44,774 bases of DNA from a virus (IMGVR_UViG_3300045988_107221:1-44774); one strand, 5' to 3'; shown: positions 15,420 to 22,432, numbered from the stretch's first letter. A program made the numbers and translations. The notes: generated from the sequence alone by a model not told the origin.

Positions 15420-15767
15420 TCAAAAACTCCTTTCATTAATCGTTGCGACCAGCGCACGCGCTTGAATGATTCGTTCAGCATTTAACGCCCGAATCATATC
15501 TTTAAACATCTGAAATTGATCGGGATAGAGAATGACCGCATATCCATTCGCCATGCTGTTTATACGGGCTACATTGTATTTTTGCAACTCTGACGGTTTA
15601 CCATTTTGCGCTTTTACTTCAATGGCCACAAAATAACCGTTGATGCACGCCAAAATGTCTGGCACACCGTTCTTTGTCATTCGGTTCGCAAAAAATTTAA
15701 CCTGCCAACCGAAATTATCTTCGATATGTTTTTTTATCTTGTTTTCAAAGTTCTTTTCCTGTGCCAC
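15420..15767 (-). CDS. VRR-NUC domain nuclease
   Basis: 115 aa. GVPDILACINGYFVAIEVKAQNGKPSELQ gives the D...E-x-K nuclease core typical of VRR-NUC. Confidence 0.75.
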   Translation of the reverse strand: MAQEKNFENKIKKHIEDNFGWQVKFFANRMTKNGVPDILACINGYFVAIEVKAQNGKPSELQKYNVARINSMANGYAVILYPDQFQMFKDMIRALNAERIIQARALVATINERSF

Positions 15768-15771
15768 TCTC

Positions 15772-15939
15772 TCACCTCATTTCTGTAAGTAGTACAAACG
15801 CATTATACTTCCAAAAATTCAAATCACCATTTGGACCATTATGCACTATAGTGTCATACCAACTAGCAGCTATCCACATGATGAATACCGCACATCCTAA
15901 AAGAATTGCTTCTTTTATTATTGCTTTAATTATTTTCAT
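15772..15939 (-). CDS. small membrane protein (55 aa, below the ORF-track cutoff)
   Basis: Translated by hand: MKIIKAIIKEAILLGCAVFIMWIAASWYDTIVHNGPNGDLNFWKYNAFVLLTEMR. RBS GGAGG. It has its own promoter (P1) and is in line with the operon. Confidence 0.6.
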   Translation of the reverse strand: MKIIKAIIKEAILLGCAVFIMWIAASWYDTIVHNGPNGDLNFWKYNAFVLLTEMR

Positions 15940-15988
15940 CGTTTTATTTACCTCCGTAATGTGTTTGATTATCTTTAGCTTATGTTTA

Positions 15989-16017
15989 TATTATACCACT
16001 ATAGTTGTATAATGTAC
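15989..16017 (-). promoter_or_regulatory. promoter P1 of the TGTACA-N17-TATAAT family with embedded imperfect palindrome
   Basis: Minus strand: TGTACA (16017..16012), a 17-nt spacer TTATACAACTATAGTGG, then TATAAT (15994..15989). This also reads as an extended -10, TGGTATAAT. Confidence 0.65.
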
Positions 16018-16053
16018 ATAGGCATAACTACCAAAAACTTACATCGGTATTTG

Positions 16054-17361
16054 TTAGTTATTACTTTCCTCAAATAATTTATCCGTATAATCTCGTCGCA
16101 TTGCTAAGGTTCTATAAATCTTCTCCTCTATCGAACCTTTACATGTGAGATAGTAATAGAAACACGTTTTTTCCTGACCTATTCTATGAATACGTTTCTT
16201 TGATTGCTCGAATAACTCAGAAGATAATGGCGGAGTAAAATAAACAATTTTATTTGCCTTTTGTAAGTTAAGGCCCATTGCTCCGGCTTGGTATTGAATA
16301 AATGTGATAGAATCCGGGGCGTTTTCGTATGGTAACAAGTCTTTTTGTTTCCCATTTACGACGGCCACCGGCCGGTGATTCTCCCACGCGATTCGAGATA
16401 ATTTTTCCAGTTCGTCATTGAAATTGTAAAAAACTATCAATCTGTCATTTGTGGATTCTACTAAATCCCGGAACGCCTCCAGCTTTGCCGGGTTATACTG
16501 CCCGCATAACTGCCTTTCATAAAGCATTTTCGTGAGCGTGGTATCTCCAACAAGCTCTATATATTCACTGTAATCATCACCAACCAAAGTATTTACAATG
16601 CAATCTTTTCTGAAAATTCTGTAATCTTTTGTCGTCTGGACCCCAATAGTCTGGTGAATTTGCTCTGGTAAATCAAAAACTTCATCAGTCTTTAAGAAGT
16701 GACATCCATGCTGCCGCATTTTTCTTTTAAGACGTTCCTCATTCTTATAACCATCAATTATCATCAGCGGAAAACCTTCATTGTCTTCATAATGATAATC
16801 GACATACTGATTATAGAAAGTTTTTTTCTTGATATTCCATCCAAGCAAATGTAATTGCGACCATAATCGTTCATATTTTCCACCTGTCGGGGTACCTGAT
16901 AACAAAATCACGTTTTTTGGTTGCAATTTCTTCAATATGAACTTTGATCGCTTGCTATTCTCATTTTGGATTAATGAACTTTCATCCAGCATCAAAGTAA
17001 AATCCTTGAGCTTCGCCAGCTCTGGTCGCCTGAAAGCAAGTTCATAATTGATGATACCTATTTTGTGATCAAAACCATCTATATAAGTTATAAATTTATC
17101 AAACTGCTTTTTATCAGTTAAATCAAATATTAAATTTCTCATTGGAAACTTTTGACTTACATAATTATTCTTAAAATGTTCTATCCAGTCCCGAATCTTA
17201 GATTTCTGACAGATTACTAAATTCACTTTTGCGCCAAGCTGCATCATCTTTTCAGAACCGCCAAACGTTTTCCCCAACCCCATATCCCAATAGAGGGCAC
17301 ATTTATTCAAACCTTTTAGCTCTGCCAATGCTTTAGATTGATGCAGGTATAGTTTAATCAT
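16054..17361 (-). CDS. SNF2/Rad54-family helicase
   Basis: 435 aa. Helicase motifs: I LGKT, II LMLDESS, III LLSGTP, V-VI QAGAMGLNLQ and QSKKRIHRIGQ. Confidence 0.85.
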   Translation of the reverse strand: MIKLYLHQSKALAELKGLNKCALYWDMGLGKTFGGSEKMMQLGAKVNLVICQKSKIRDWIEHFKNNYVSQKFPMRNLIFDLTDKKQFDKFITYIDGFDHKIGIINYELAFRRPELAKLKDFTLMLDESSLIQNENSKRSKFILKKLQPKNVILLSGTPTGGKYERLWSQLHLLGWNIKKKTFYNQYVDYHYEDNEGFPLMIIDGYKNEERLKRKMRQHGCHFLKTDEVFDLPEQIHQTIGVQTTKDYRIFRKDCIVNTLVGDDYSEYIELVGDTTLTKMLYERQLCGQYNPAKLEAFRDLVESTNDRLIVFYNFNDELEKLSRIAWENHRPVAVVNGKQKDLLPYENAPDSITFIQYQAGAMGLNLQKANKIVYFTPPLSSELFEQSKKRIHRIGQEKTCFYYYLTCKGSIEEKIYRTLAMRRDYTDKLFEESNN

Positions 17362-17830
17362 CTTTCACCTCGGTGAGCTCAAGCGTATACGGTGACCAAC
17401 CCAAGTACCTTTCACGGTCTACATCACAACTAAAAAAGTCTTTCACATCTTCAAAATCTTTAAAGAATCCGTCACGATCAAACATATCTGGCACCATCTC
17501 GTTTATACCCGGCGCGTAAATTTGACCGTTTACAACCTCATATGTTTTTCCAGCGATAAATTTTTCATCACCTGTCAGGAAACAGATTTTTCCTGAATAA
17601 TATTTTTCGCATTTTTCTTCGCTTACTTTTTCTAAATAACGTTCATCAAACATGAAGTCTACTTCTTCCATATAATAACCGATTCCACAGTCACGAATTC
17701 CAATTCCGTCAATCGTCACAATCTTGCCGATCAACCTATCCATACAATATGCCCAGCTGCCAAAATAATCGTCAGCAGTGTTTCCATCTAAAATTTTCAC
17801 CTTATCTCCAATATTGAATTTAGTTTCCAT
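17354..17830 (-). CDS. hypothetical protein
   Basis: 158-aa ORF, RBS GGAAAGGAG, overlapping the helicase start. Confidence 0.6.
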   Translation of the reverse strand: METKFNIGDKVKILDGNTADDYFGSWAYCMDRLIGKIVTIDGIGIRDCGIGYYMEEVDFMFDERYLEKVSEEKCEKYYSGKICFLTGDEKFIAGKTYEVVNGQIYAPGINEMVPDMFDRDGFFKDFEDVKDFFSCDVDRERYLGWSPYTLELTEVKDD

Positions 17831-17832
17831 GT

Positions 17833-18003
17833 TTACTCCTTTCCTAAATACTCATATACCTTTGCTTCAGATATATGATATGTCCAAACAGTACTCATTT
17901 TGATTGCGTATCCAAACGGTAAAATTCCTCGTTGCAATCCGATCCGAACAAACTGAGGGGATTTACCAAGTAATTTTGCACATTCGATAACAGACAATTT
18001 CAA
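17833..18003 (-). CDS. excisionase/AlpA-like (HTH_17-type) small DNA-binding protein (56 aa, below cutoff)
   Basis: Translated by hand from a TTG start: MKLSVIECAKLLGKSPQFVRIGLQRGILPFGYAIKMSTVWTYHISEAKVYEYLGKE. This pattern is recalled from Xis/AlpA-type HTH proteins. Start codon uncertain. Confidence 0.55.
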   Translation of the reverse strand: MKLSVIECAKLLGKSPQFVRIGLQRGILPFGYAIKMSTVWTYHISEAKVYEYLGKE

Positions 18004-18210
18004 TCATTCCTTTACCATCGCATTTCTAAGTTCTTCACCAGTTATTCCGAGCTTTAAAGTTAAAACTGAAATATCTTTCTCAGTGAGCTTTGTATTCCCA
18101 TTAAGCTTACCGCTTGCCGATTGTTTTGAAATTCCAAGAATCTCAGCCAGATAATTAACGAAATCATCTCGCCCGGCATCGATCATTTTCTTTTTTATCA
18201 GATTTCGCAT
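18004..18210 (-). CDS. Cro-like / small HTH regulator
   Basis: 68 aa. HTH FVNYLAEILGISKQSASGKLNG. Early position in the lytic-direction operon. Confidence 0.6.
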   Translation of the reverse strand: MRNLIKKKMIDAGRDDFVNYLAEILGISKQSASGKLNGNTKLTEKDISVLTLKLGITGEELRNAMVKE

Positions 18211-18238
18211 TTTCTCATCTCCTTTCTTAAATATTGAA

Positions 18239-18296
18239 TTGCCGCAATGGGAATCGAACCCATGACATCATTGCTCTACCACTGAGCTATGCGACA
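18239..18296 (-). ncRNA. tRNA-like element lacking the anticodon arm
   Basis: The minus strand folds as: acceptor 5' strand TGTCGCA, then TA, the D arm GCTC-AGTGGTA-GAGC, a 9-nt linker AATGATGTC, the T arm ATGGG-TTCGATT-CCCAT, acceptor 3' strand TGCGGCA, and discriminator A. The acceptor stem has 7 bp (one G-U). G18/G19, T54-T55-C56 and A58 are conserved. No anticodon stem-loop is possible. Confidence 0.7.
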
Positions 18297-18358
18297 ACCG
18301 TTTTACAGCGGGCGATACCGCATGACCCTCTCACTAAATAAGAGAAAATTAACCTATA

Positions 18359-18604
18359 TTATTCCTCGCCGTCACCTTCTTTAATGAAGTCAATGACTTC
18401 CTGAACAGTAAGAGGGTCCGTTGCATTATTTTCAAGATAATCTTTGAAAGAAATGTCCGGGGAAATTATCCCGCTTTTAACGCCCGCTAAGTATTCTTTC
18501 ATAAGGGGCTGCTGTACATCTTCTGGTCTTGCTGTTGTGCCATTTTTTAAGATGATAGTTTTTCCAAGTTCAATCTGTTTTTCTAACTGTTTTACAATAT
18601 TCAT
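18359..18604 (-). CDS. hypothetical early protein
   Basis: Start moved to the ATG at 18604 (RBS GGAGAAAGG), 81 aa. First gene transcribed divergently from the repressor. Confidence 0.55.
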   Translation of the reverse strand: MNIVKQLEKQIELGKTIILKNGTTARPEDVQQPLMKEYLAGVKSGIISPDISFKDYLENNATDPLTVQEVIDFIKEGDGEE

Positions 18605-18896
18605 ATTATTGCCTTTCTCCACGTTTCGGCGTTGGTCACCGTGTTTTTGTTTACAATATTATTCTACTATAATTTCCAGCATTTGTATATTGACATTTTA
18701 CACAAAAATTTTATTTTATATTAGTTATTTTTACTAATTTCATAAAATCCTTACTTTTTACGCTTTTATTATATTAAGATAATTTCCAATTGACAACACA
18801 AAATGCGTAATTTCTTTACGAGAACATTTGTTCGATTGACTTTGTATATTGCGGATATTATCCTATAATTGTACATATGCACGGGGAGGCGTTAGA

Positions 18897-19244
18897 ATGG
18901 AGGCAGGAGAAGTTATCAAAAAATTGCGTAATGAAAAGAAATTTACGCAATCAGAATTGGGAATTATGCTAGGAGTGAATACATCGTCAATTCAAAAATA
19001 TGAAAGCGGAGCTACCAAAAATCTGAAATTAGAAACAATCAGGGAGTTATGTCATATATTTGATGTACCTCCTCTAGTCTTTGTTTTTCCAGAAATACTA
19101 GATGAAGGTTTCGATGCATATCATGAAAGAATGTTCAAGGACCATATGAAGGCATCACTAAATGTAAATGAAGAAGGTATAAAGAAGATATTTGACTATA
19201 TAAGCGACATTCAATCTATGCCGAAGTATCAAAAGTCAAGATGA
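18897..19244 (+). CDS. XRE-family repressor (CI-like, no S24 peptidase domain)
   Basis: ATG at 18897 with RBS GGGGAGG, 115 aa. HTH FTQSELGIMLGVNTSSIQKYESG. Divergent from the early operon and upstream of int. Confidence 0.75.
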   Translation: MEAGEVIKKLRNEKKFTQSELGIMLGVNTSSIQKYESGATKNLKLETIRELCHIFDVPPLVFVFPEILDEGFDAYHERMFKDHMKASLNVNEEGIKKIFDYISDIQSMPKYQKSR

Positions 19245-19447
19245 ATTCAAGATAGTTCAAGATAAGGAAATTCATCTTGAATTGGCTTAGGGCTTACGGT
19301 TGACACATATTTGAACTGAAAAGTCAAGAAGTCAAGTTAATTTCTACTTTTTATATATAAGCTAAAATCATTAAAAATTTTTGATGTTTGTAGAAAATAA
19401 TATATAAGTAAATATATATCTTGAACTTGACTTCTTGACTTTTGACA
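19235..19447. repeat. array 2 of (A)GTCAAGAT/ATCTTGAC(T) boxes (about 9 copies)
   Basis: Boxes start at 19235, 19246, 19256, 19274, 19323, 19331, 19418, 19425 and 19433. 19297..19400 is the inverted counterpart of 3484..3597. The array ends in TTGACTTCTTGACTTTTGACA, 20 nt before the int start. Confidence 0.9.
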
Positions 19448-19466
19448 TCAAAGGGAGAGAACATAA

Positions 19467-20471
19467 TTGCGGAGAGCAAATGGAGAAGGTTCAATTTTTA
19501 AGCTAAGCGGTAAACGTCGTAAACCTTACGCCGTAAGAATTACAGTTGGTTATACGAATGAAGGAAAACAGCTATACAAATATGTTGGTTATTATTCCAC
19601 CAAAACAGAAGCCAAAAATGCAATGAGAGAATATCTTGTCAACCCATTCAATTTAGACCATAAGAGCACCAAGCTCAAAGATGTATACGATAGGTGGTCA
19701 GACCAGAGTCAATTGGCCCAAACGACTATGCAGAGTTATGGTTCCGCTTTCAACCAAGCAAAGCAGCTTCACAACATGAGCATGAGAGACATCAAGGCTG
19801 CACACTTGGAAGCTGCTATGGATCAAATGAAACCTCATATGCGCAGCGTGTTTAAAAATGCTATGGGGAAAGTATATACATATGCTATCAAGCACGAGGT
19901 TGTTGATAAGGACCTCATGAGTCTGATCTCAGTGAAAACTACAGTGGAGACAAAAGAGAAAACACCATTCACCTTGGCTGAGATCAACAAACTGAAAACA
20001 TTTAAGCATCCATTAAATGACACCGTTTTCATCCTTTTGTATACGGGATTGCGGATCAATGAATTGCTTGATATTAAATGTGAAAATGTTCACTTGGATG
20101 AACGGTATATGATTGGAGGTAAGAAAACGAAGGCGGGCCAGAATCGAATCATTCCAATTCATGATGCAATTTATCCTTTAATAAAATCAAGATGTGAACA
20201 AGAAAATAAGTATCTGATAACCAAAGATAACAAGAAGATCAATTATGCTACATACAGAATTAGCTATTGGAATAAAATGAACTCTGCACTCGGGTTTAAA
20301 CATACACCGCACGACACACGTCACACATTTACGACATTTGCAGATAGATGCGACGTGCATAAAGTAGCATTGAAGAGAATTTTAGGTCATACGTTGAGCG
20401 ATATGACTGATCATTATACCCATAAAGATCTCGATGAATTACTGGCTGAGATCAATAAAATTGTATATTAA
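19467..20471 (+). CDS. int: tyrosine recombinase / phage integrase
   Basis: 334 aa. TTG start after AAAGGGAGAG. Catalytic pattern TGLRINEL (Arg), HDTRHTF (His-x-x-Arg) and LGHTLSDMTDHYTH (His...Tyr). Confidence 0.9.
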   Translation: MRRANGEGSIFKLSGKRRKPYAVRITVGYTNEGKQLYKYVGYYSTKTEAKNAMREYLVNPFNLDHKSTKLKDVYDRWSDQSQLAQTTMQSYGSAFNQAKQLHNMSMRDIKAAHLEAAMDQMKPHMRSVFKNAMGKVYTYAIKHEVVDKDLMSLISVKTTVETKEKTPFTLAEINKLKTFKHPLNDTVFILLYTGLRINELLDIKCENVHLDERYMIGGKKTKAGQNRIIPIHDAIYPLIKSRCEQENKYLITKDNKKINYATYRISYWNKMNSALGFKHTPHDTRHTFTTFADRCDVHKVALKRILGHTLSDMTDHYTHKDLDELLAEINKIVY

Positions 20472-20497
20472 AAAAGAGCCTCACGGCTCTTTTTTAT
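20470..20497. terminator. bidirectional rho-independent terminator
   Basis: Stem AAGAGCC-TCAC-GGCTCTT flanked by an A-run and a T-run. It lies between the convergent int gene and the 52-aa ORF. Confidence 0.8.
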
Positions 20498-20500
20498 TTG

Positions 20501-20659
20501 TTAGTATTTAATGCATCTGCCTTTAACGAAATATGCGATCGTATCTCCAAGCATGTTTTCAACTTCAACAGGCTCTCCTGTCTGATCGTGAAACTCTTTA
20601 GCTTCTTTCATTGCTCTTTCTTTTGTCATTGTTCCGTTATTTACTATGATTCTTTTCAT
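20501..20659 (-). CDS. small hypothetical protein (52 aa, below cutoff)
   Basis: Translated by hand: MKRIIVNNGTMTKERAMKEAKEFHDQTGEPVEVENMLGDTIAYFVKGRCIKY. RBS GGAGG. It has its own promoter (P2) and terminator. Confidence 0.6.
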   Translation of the reverse strand: MKRIIVNNGTMTKERAMKEAKEFHDQTGEPVEVENMLGDTIAYFVKGRCIKY

Positions 20660-20709
20660 TTTAATTACCTCCGTTTATTTGTTTGATTTATTATTTATTT
20701 TGTAATTAT

Positions 20710-20738
20710 ATTATACAACTAAAGTTGTAGTTTGTACA
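20710..20738 (-). promoter_or_regulatory. promoter P2 (TGTACA-N17-TATAAT) with perfect TACAAC-N4-GTTGTA palindrome
   Basis: Minus strand: TGTACA (20738..20733), a 17-nt spacer AACTACAACTTTAGTTG, then TATAAT (20715..20710). The palindrome spans 20714..20729. Confidence 0.7.
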
Positions 20739-20831
20739 TAGGCAAAATAACCAAAGATTTGATGAGTTTCTTAGTTATTTTGTATATTAAATGTATATTA
20801 TAGATGCTTTTTCATTTGTTTTTATACATTC

Positions 20832-20866
20832 AGGAACGTTGTCGTATCAACGTTCCTTTTGATTTT
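20832..20866 (+). terminator. orphan plus-oriented hairpin plus T-tract
   Basis: Stem AGGAACGTTG-tcgtat-CAACGTTCCT followed by TTTTGATTTT. No plus-strand CDS lies upstream of it. Confidence 0.5.
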
Positions 20867-21000
20867 ATACATTTTTTAAATTTCCCCAACAAAATTTAAG
20901 AATGTGATAACGTCAACGTTTACGTATCAATTTGTATATTACACGCGTATTGCGGAATAGAAAATGAAAAATGCAAATTGTGATATAATTAAATCATATC

Positions 21001-21037
21001 GTTGTACTATGTACAACCAGCGTTGTACTATTATATT
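21001..21037 (+). promoter_or_regulatory. promoter P6 variant with triple half-site GTTGTAC-TAT-GTACAAC-CAGC-GTTGTAC
   Basis: TGTACA (21010..21015), a 16-nt spacer, then TATATT (21032..21037). An extended -10 (TGATATAAT, 20981..20989) lies just upstream, so two tandem promoters are possible. Confidence 0.5.
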
Positions 21038-21075
21038 AGATGCTGTATCGCATCTAATTTACAGGAGGGGAGAAC

Positions 21076-21210
21076 ATGGAAGATATGACACGGTTGGAAA
21101 TACTTACATTATTGTTGTCGCTCAAAGGTTTATTGGAAACCGACAATTCTGAGAAAGCTTTAGAAGTGATCAACAACGTTATTGCTGAAGCACAACGAAA
21201 AGAATTATGA
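21076..21210 (+). CDS. small acidic hypothetical protein (44 aa, below cutoff)
   Basis: Translated by hand: MEDMTRLEILTLLLSLKGLLETDNSEKALEVINNVIAEAQRKEL. Strong RBS AGGAGGGGAG. Confidence 0.55.
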   Translation: MEDMTRLEILTLLLSLKGLLETDNSEKALEVINNVIAEAQRKEL

Positions 21211-21338
21211 AAGAATGAAGGTCTAAGAATCTATATTGCGATCTTAGAATCAGAACTAACTCAAAGGGAGAACGGCAATCTCATGTATGACTTTGATGAG
21301 TTTGCCGCTGATGTGAGAAAGAAATATGGTATAAAATG

Positions 21339-21366
21339 AGGAACCCTTGCGGGTTCCTTTTATTAT
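21339..21366. terminator. bidirectional terminator
   Basis: Stem AGGAACCC-TTGC-GGGTTCCT followed by TTTTATT. It overlaps the stop of the convergent 289-aa gene. Confidence 0.7.
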
Positions 21367-22232
21367 TTTGTTTTGCGTGATGGTGTAGTAAATGCTCTCT
21401 CGACACTCCATCCCATTTTATAAATACGCCCATATAATGTATTTGGAGAAATTCCGAGTTCTTTACCCCAAGCGCAGATGTTTTGAGCTTTTCCATCAAA
21501 CTCAATTAATGCGCCACGCTTCGGAGTCGGTTTGTGTCCTTCCTGATCTTTAATCTCAACATTGATTTTATAACCGTCAGCCTTGAAAAGACCAAGTAGG
21601 TATCCTTTAAGAATAGATTTTCTTACTCTCTTCATTGCACCTGGTGCCTCACCTCCTGCACAATCGGGTTCATATTTAGAGTTCATTGCTTCATCTAAGA
21701 TTTCATTGAAAGCATCATTTGTAATCCAATTGTCGAATTCCTCTTGAGTCATTTCTCCATCTATCATTGCGTTATCATTTCCACCGATAATCCAATTATA
21801 AGCGTTTTCAATATTTTTCTTTGCAATCAGTTCGTCTTTATTTTGTATAGCCTTAATTTTTGTAGGTCTTTCAGGTTTAACCTCAATAGGTTCTTCAGTC
21901 TCTACCTCAGTAGGTTTTTCCTCGATAGGTTCTTCTTCGATAGGTTTTTCCTCACCAATCAACTGAATTTTGCCAGCCTTATATTTTTTGAGGAATTTTA
22001 CAAAATCATTTTTTGGACCATACTCTGCCCAATGTTTCTGATAATGTTCAAAGAGTTTATTTTCTTTTTCGATTTCTTCTTCTCTTTCGGCGGTTTCTTC
22101 TTCACTCATATTCTGGATTTTTTCAATCTCAACAATGAGTTCTGCTTTTTTTAAGTTCCACCAATTTTTAACTTTAAGCTCTTTTGCAATTTCCTTAAGT
22201 TCTTTGCTTGTCATCTCTCTTAATTCTTTCAT
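21363..22232 (-). CDS. hypothetical protein: Rho_N/SAP-like N-terminus, acidic Pro/Glu repeat linker, C-terminal HTH-like domain
   Basis: 289 aa. N-terminal MTSKELKEIAKELKVKNWWNLKKAELI. Linker repeat EEKPIEEEPIEEKPTEVETEEPIEVKPERP. The C-terminal ICAWGKELGISPNTLYGRIYKMGWSVERAFTTP is a DNA-binding motif common at the ends of phage nuclease or regulator proteins. Confidence 0.65.
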   Translation of the reverse strand: MKELREMTSKELKEIAKELKVKNWWNLKKAELIVEIEKIQNMSEEETAEREEEIEKENKLFEHYQKHWAEYGPKNDFVKFLKKYKAGKIQLIGEEKPIEEEPIEEKPTEVETEEPIEVKPERPTKIKAIQNKDELIAKKNIENAYNWIIGGNDNAMIDGEMTQEEFDNWITNDAFNEILDEAMNSKYEPDCAGGEAPGAMKRVRKSILKGYLLGLFKADGYKINVEIKDQEGHKPTPKRGALIEFDGKAQNICAWGKELGISPNTLYGRIYKMGWSVERAFTTPSRKTK

Positions 22233-22254
22233 GTTATATTCTCCTTTTCCTGCG

Positions 22255-22372
22255 AGCTCCAGATTCGCGTTTCTAGATGTTTTTATATATTAGTCATATA
22301 AATTATCATGAAACATATTAAAATGAGAATTTGATATGAATCTGAATGTCTCACGCATATTCATATTGTTTT
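22255..22372. repeat. copy B of the ~115-bp inverted repeat (partner 2842..2958)
   Basis: See 2842..2958. Here the repeat forms most of the ~170-nt leader between promoter P3 and the 289-aa gene. Confidence 0.75.
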
Positions 22373-22403
22373 TAGTTTCATAAGCTCTTTAACTTATATT
22401 CTT

Positions 22404-22432
22404 ATTATACAACAAAAGTTGTATCTTGTACA
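22404..22432 (-). promoter_or_regulatory. promoter P3 (TGTACA-N17-TATAAT) with perfect TACAAC-N4-GTTGTA palindrome
   Basis: Minus strand: TGTACA (22432..22427), spacer AGATACAACTTTTGTTG, then TATAAT (22409..22404). The palindrome spans 22408..22423. Confidence 0.7.

Noticed and set aside
15761-16012. 83-aa plus-strand ORF
   Set aside because: It has no RBS and runs against the operon. The same DNA encodes a 55-aa minus-strand membrane protein with a GGAGG RBS and its own promoter, which fits the gene packing exactly.
18239-18296. Reading the tRNA-like element as a functional decoding tRNA, or as attP
   Set aside because: Only 9 nt separate the D and T stems, so no anticodon stem-loop can form and it cannot decode. 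As attP it would split the early operon, and it is separated from int by two genes. It is kept as a finding in the form of a tRNA-like ncRNA.
20498-20686. 62-aa plus-strand ORF
   Set aside because: It starts inside the int terminator and has no RBS. The opposite strand has a 52-aa ORF with a GGAGG RBS, a family promoter (P2) and a terminator.
20964-21152. 62-aa plus-strand ORF overlapping promoter P6
   Set aside because: It would start upstream of the promoter elements, lacks an RBS, and is out of frame with the 44-aa ORF, which has a strong AGGAGGGGAG RBS.
21284-21340. 18-aa micro-ORF (MYDFDEFAADVRKKYGIK) before the bidirectional terminator
   Set aside because: It has a possible RBS at long spacing but is too short to support from sequence alone. 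It may be a leader peptide or chance.
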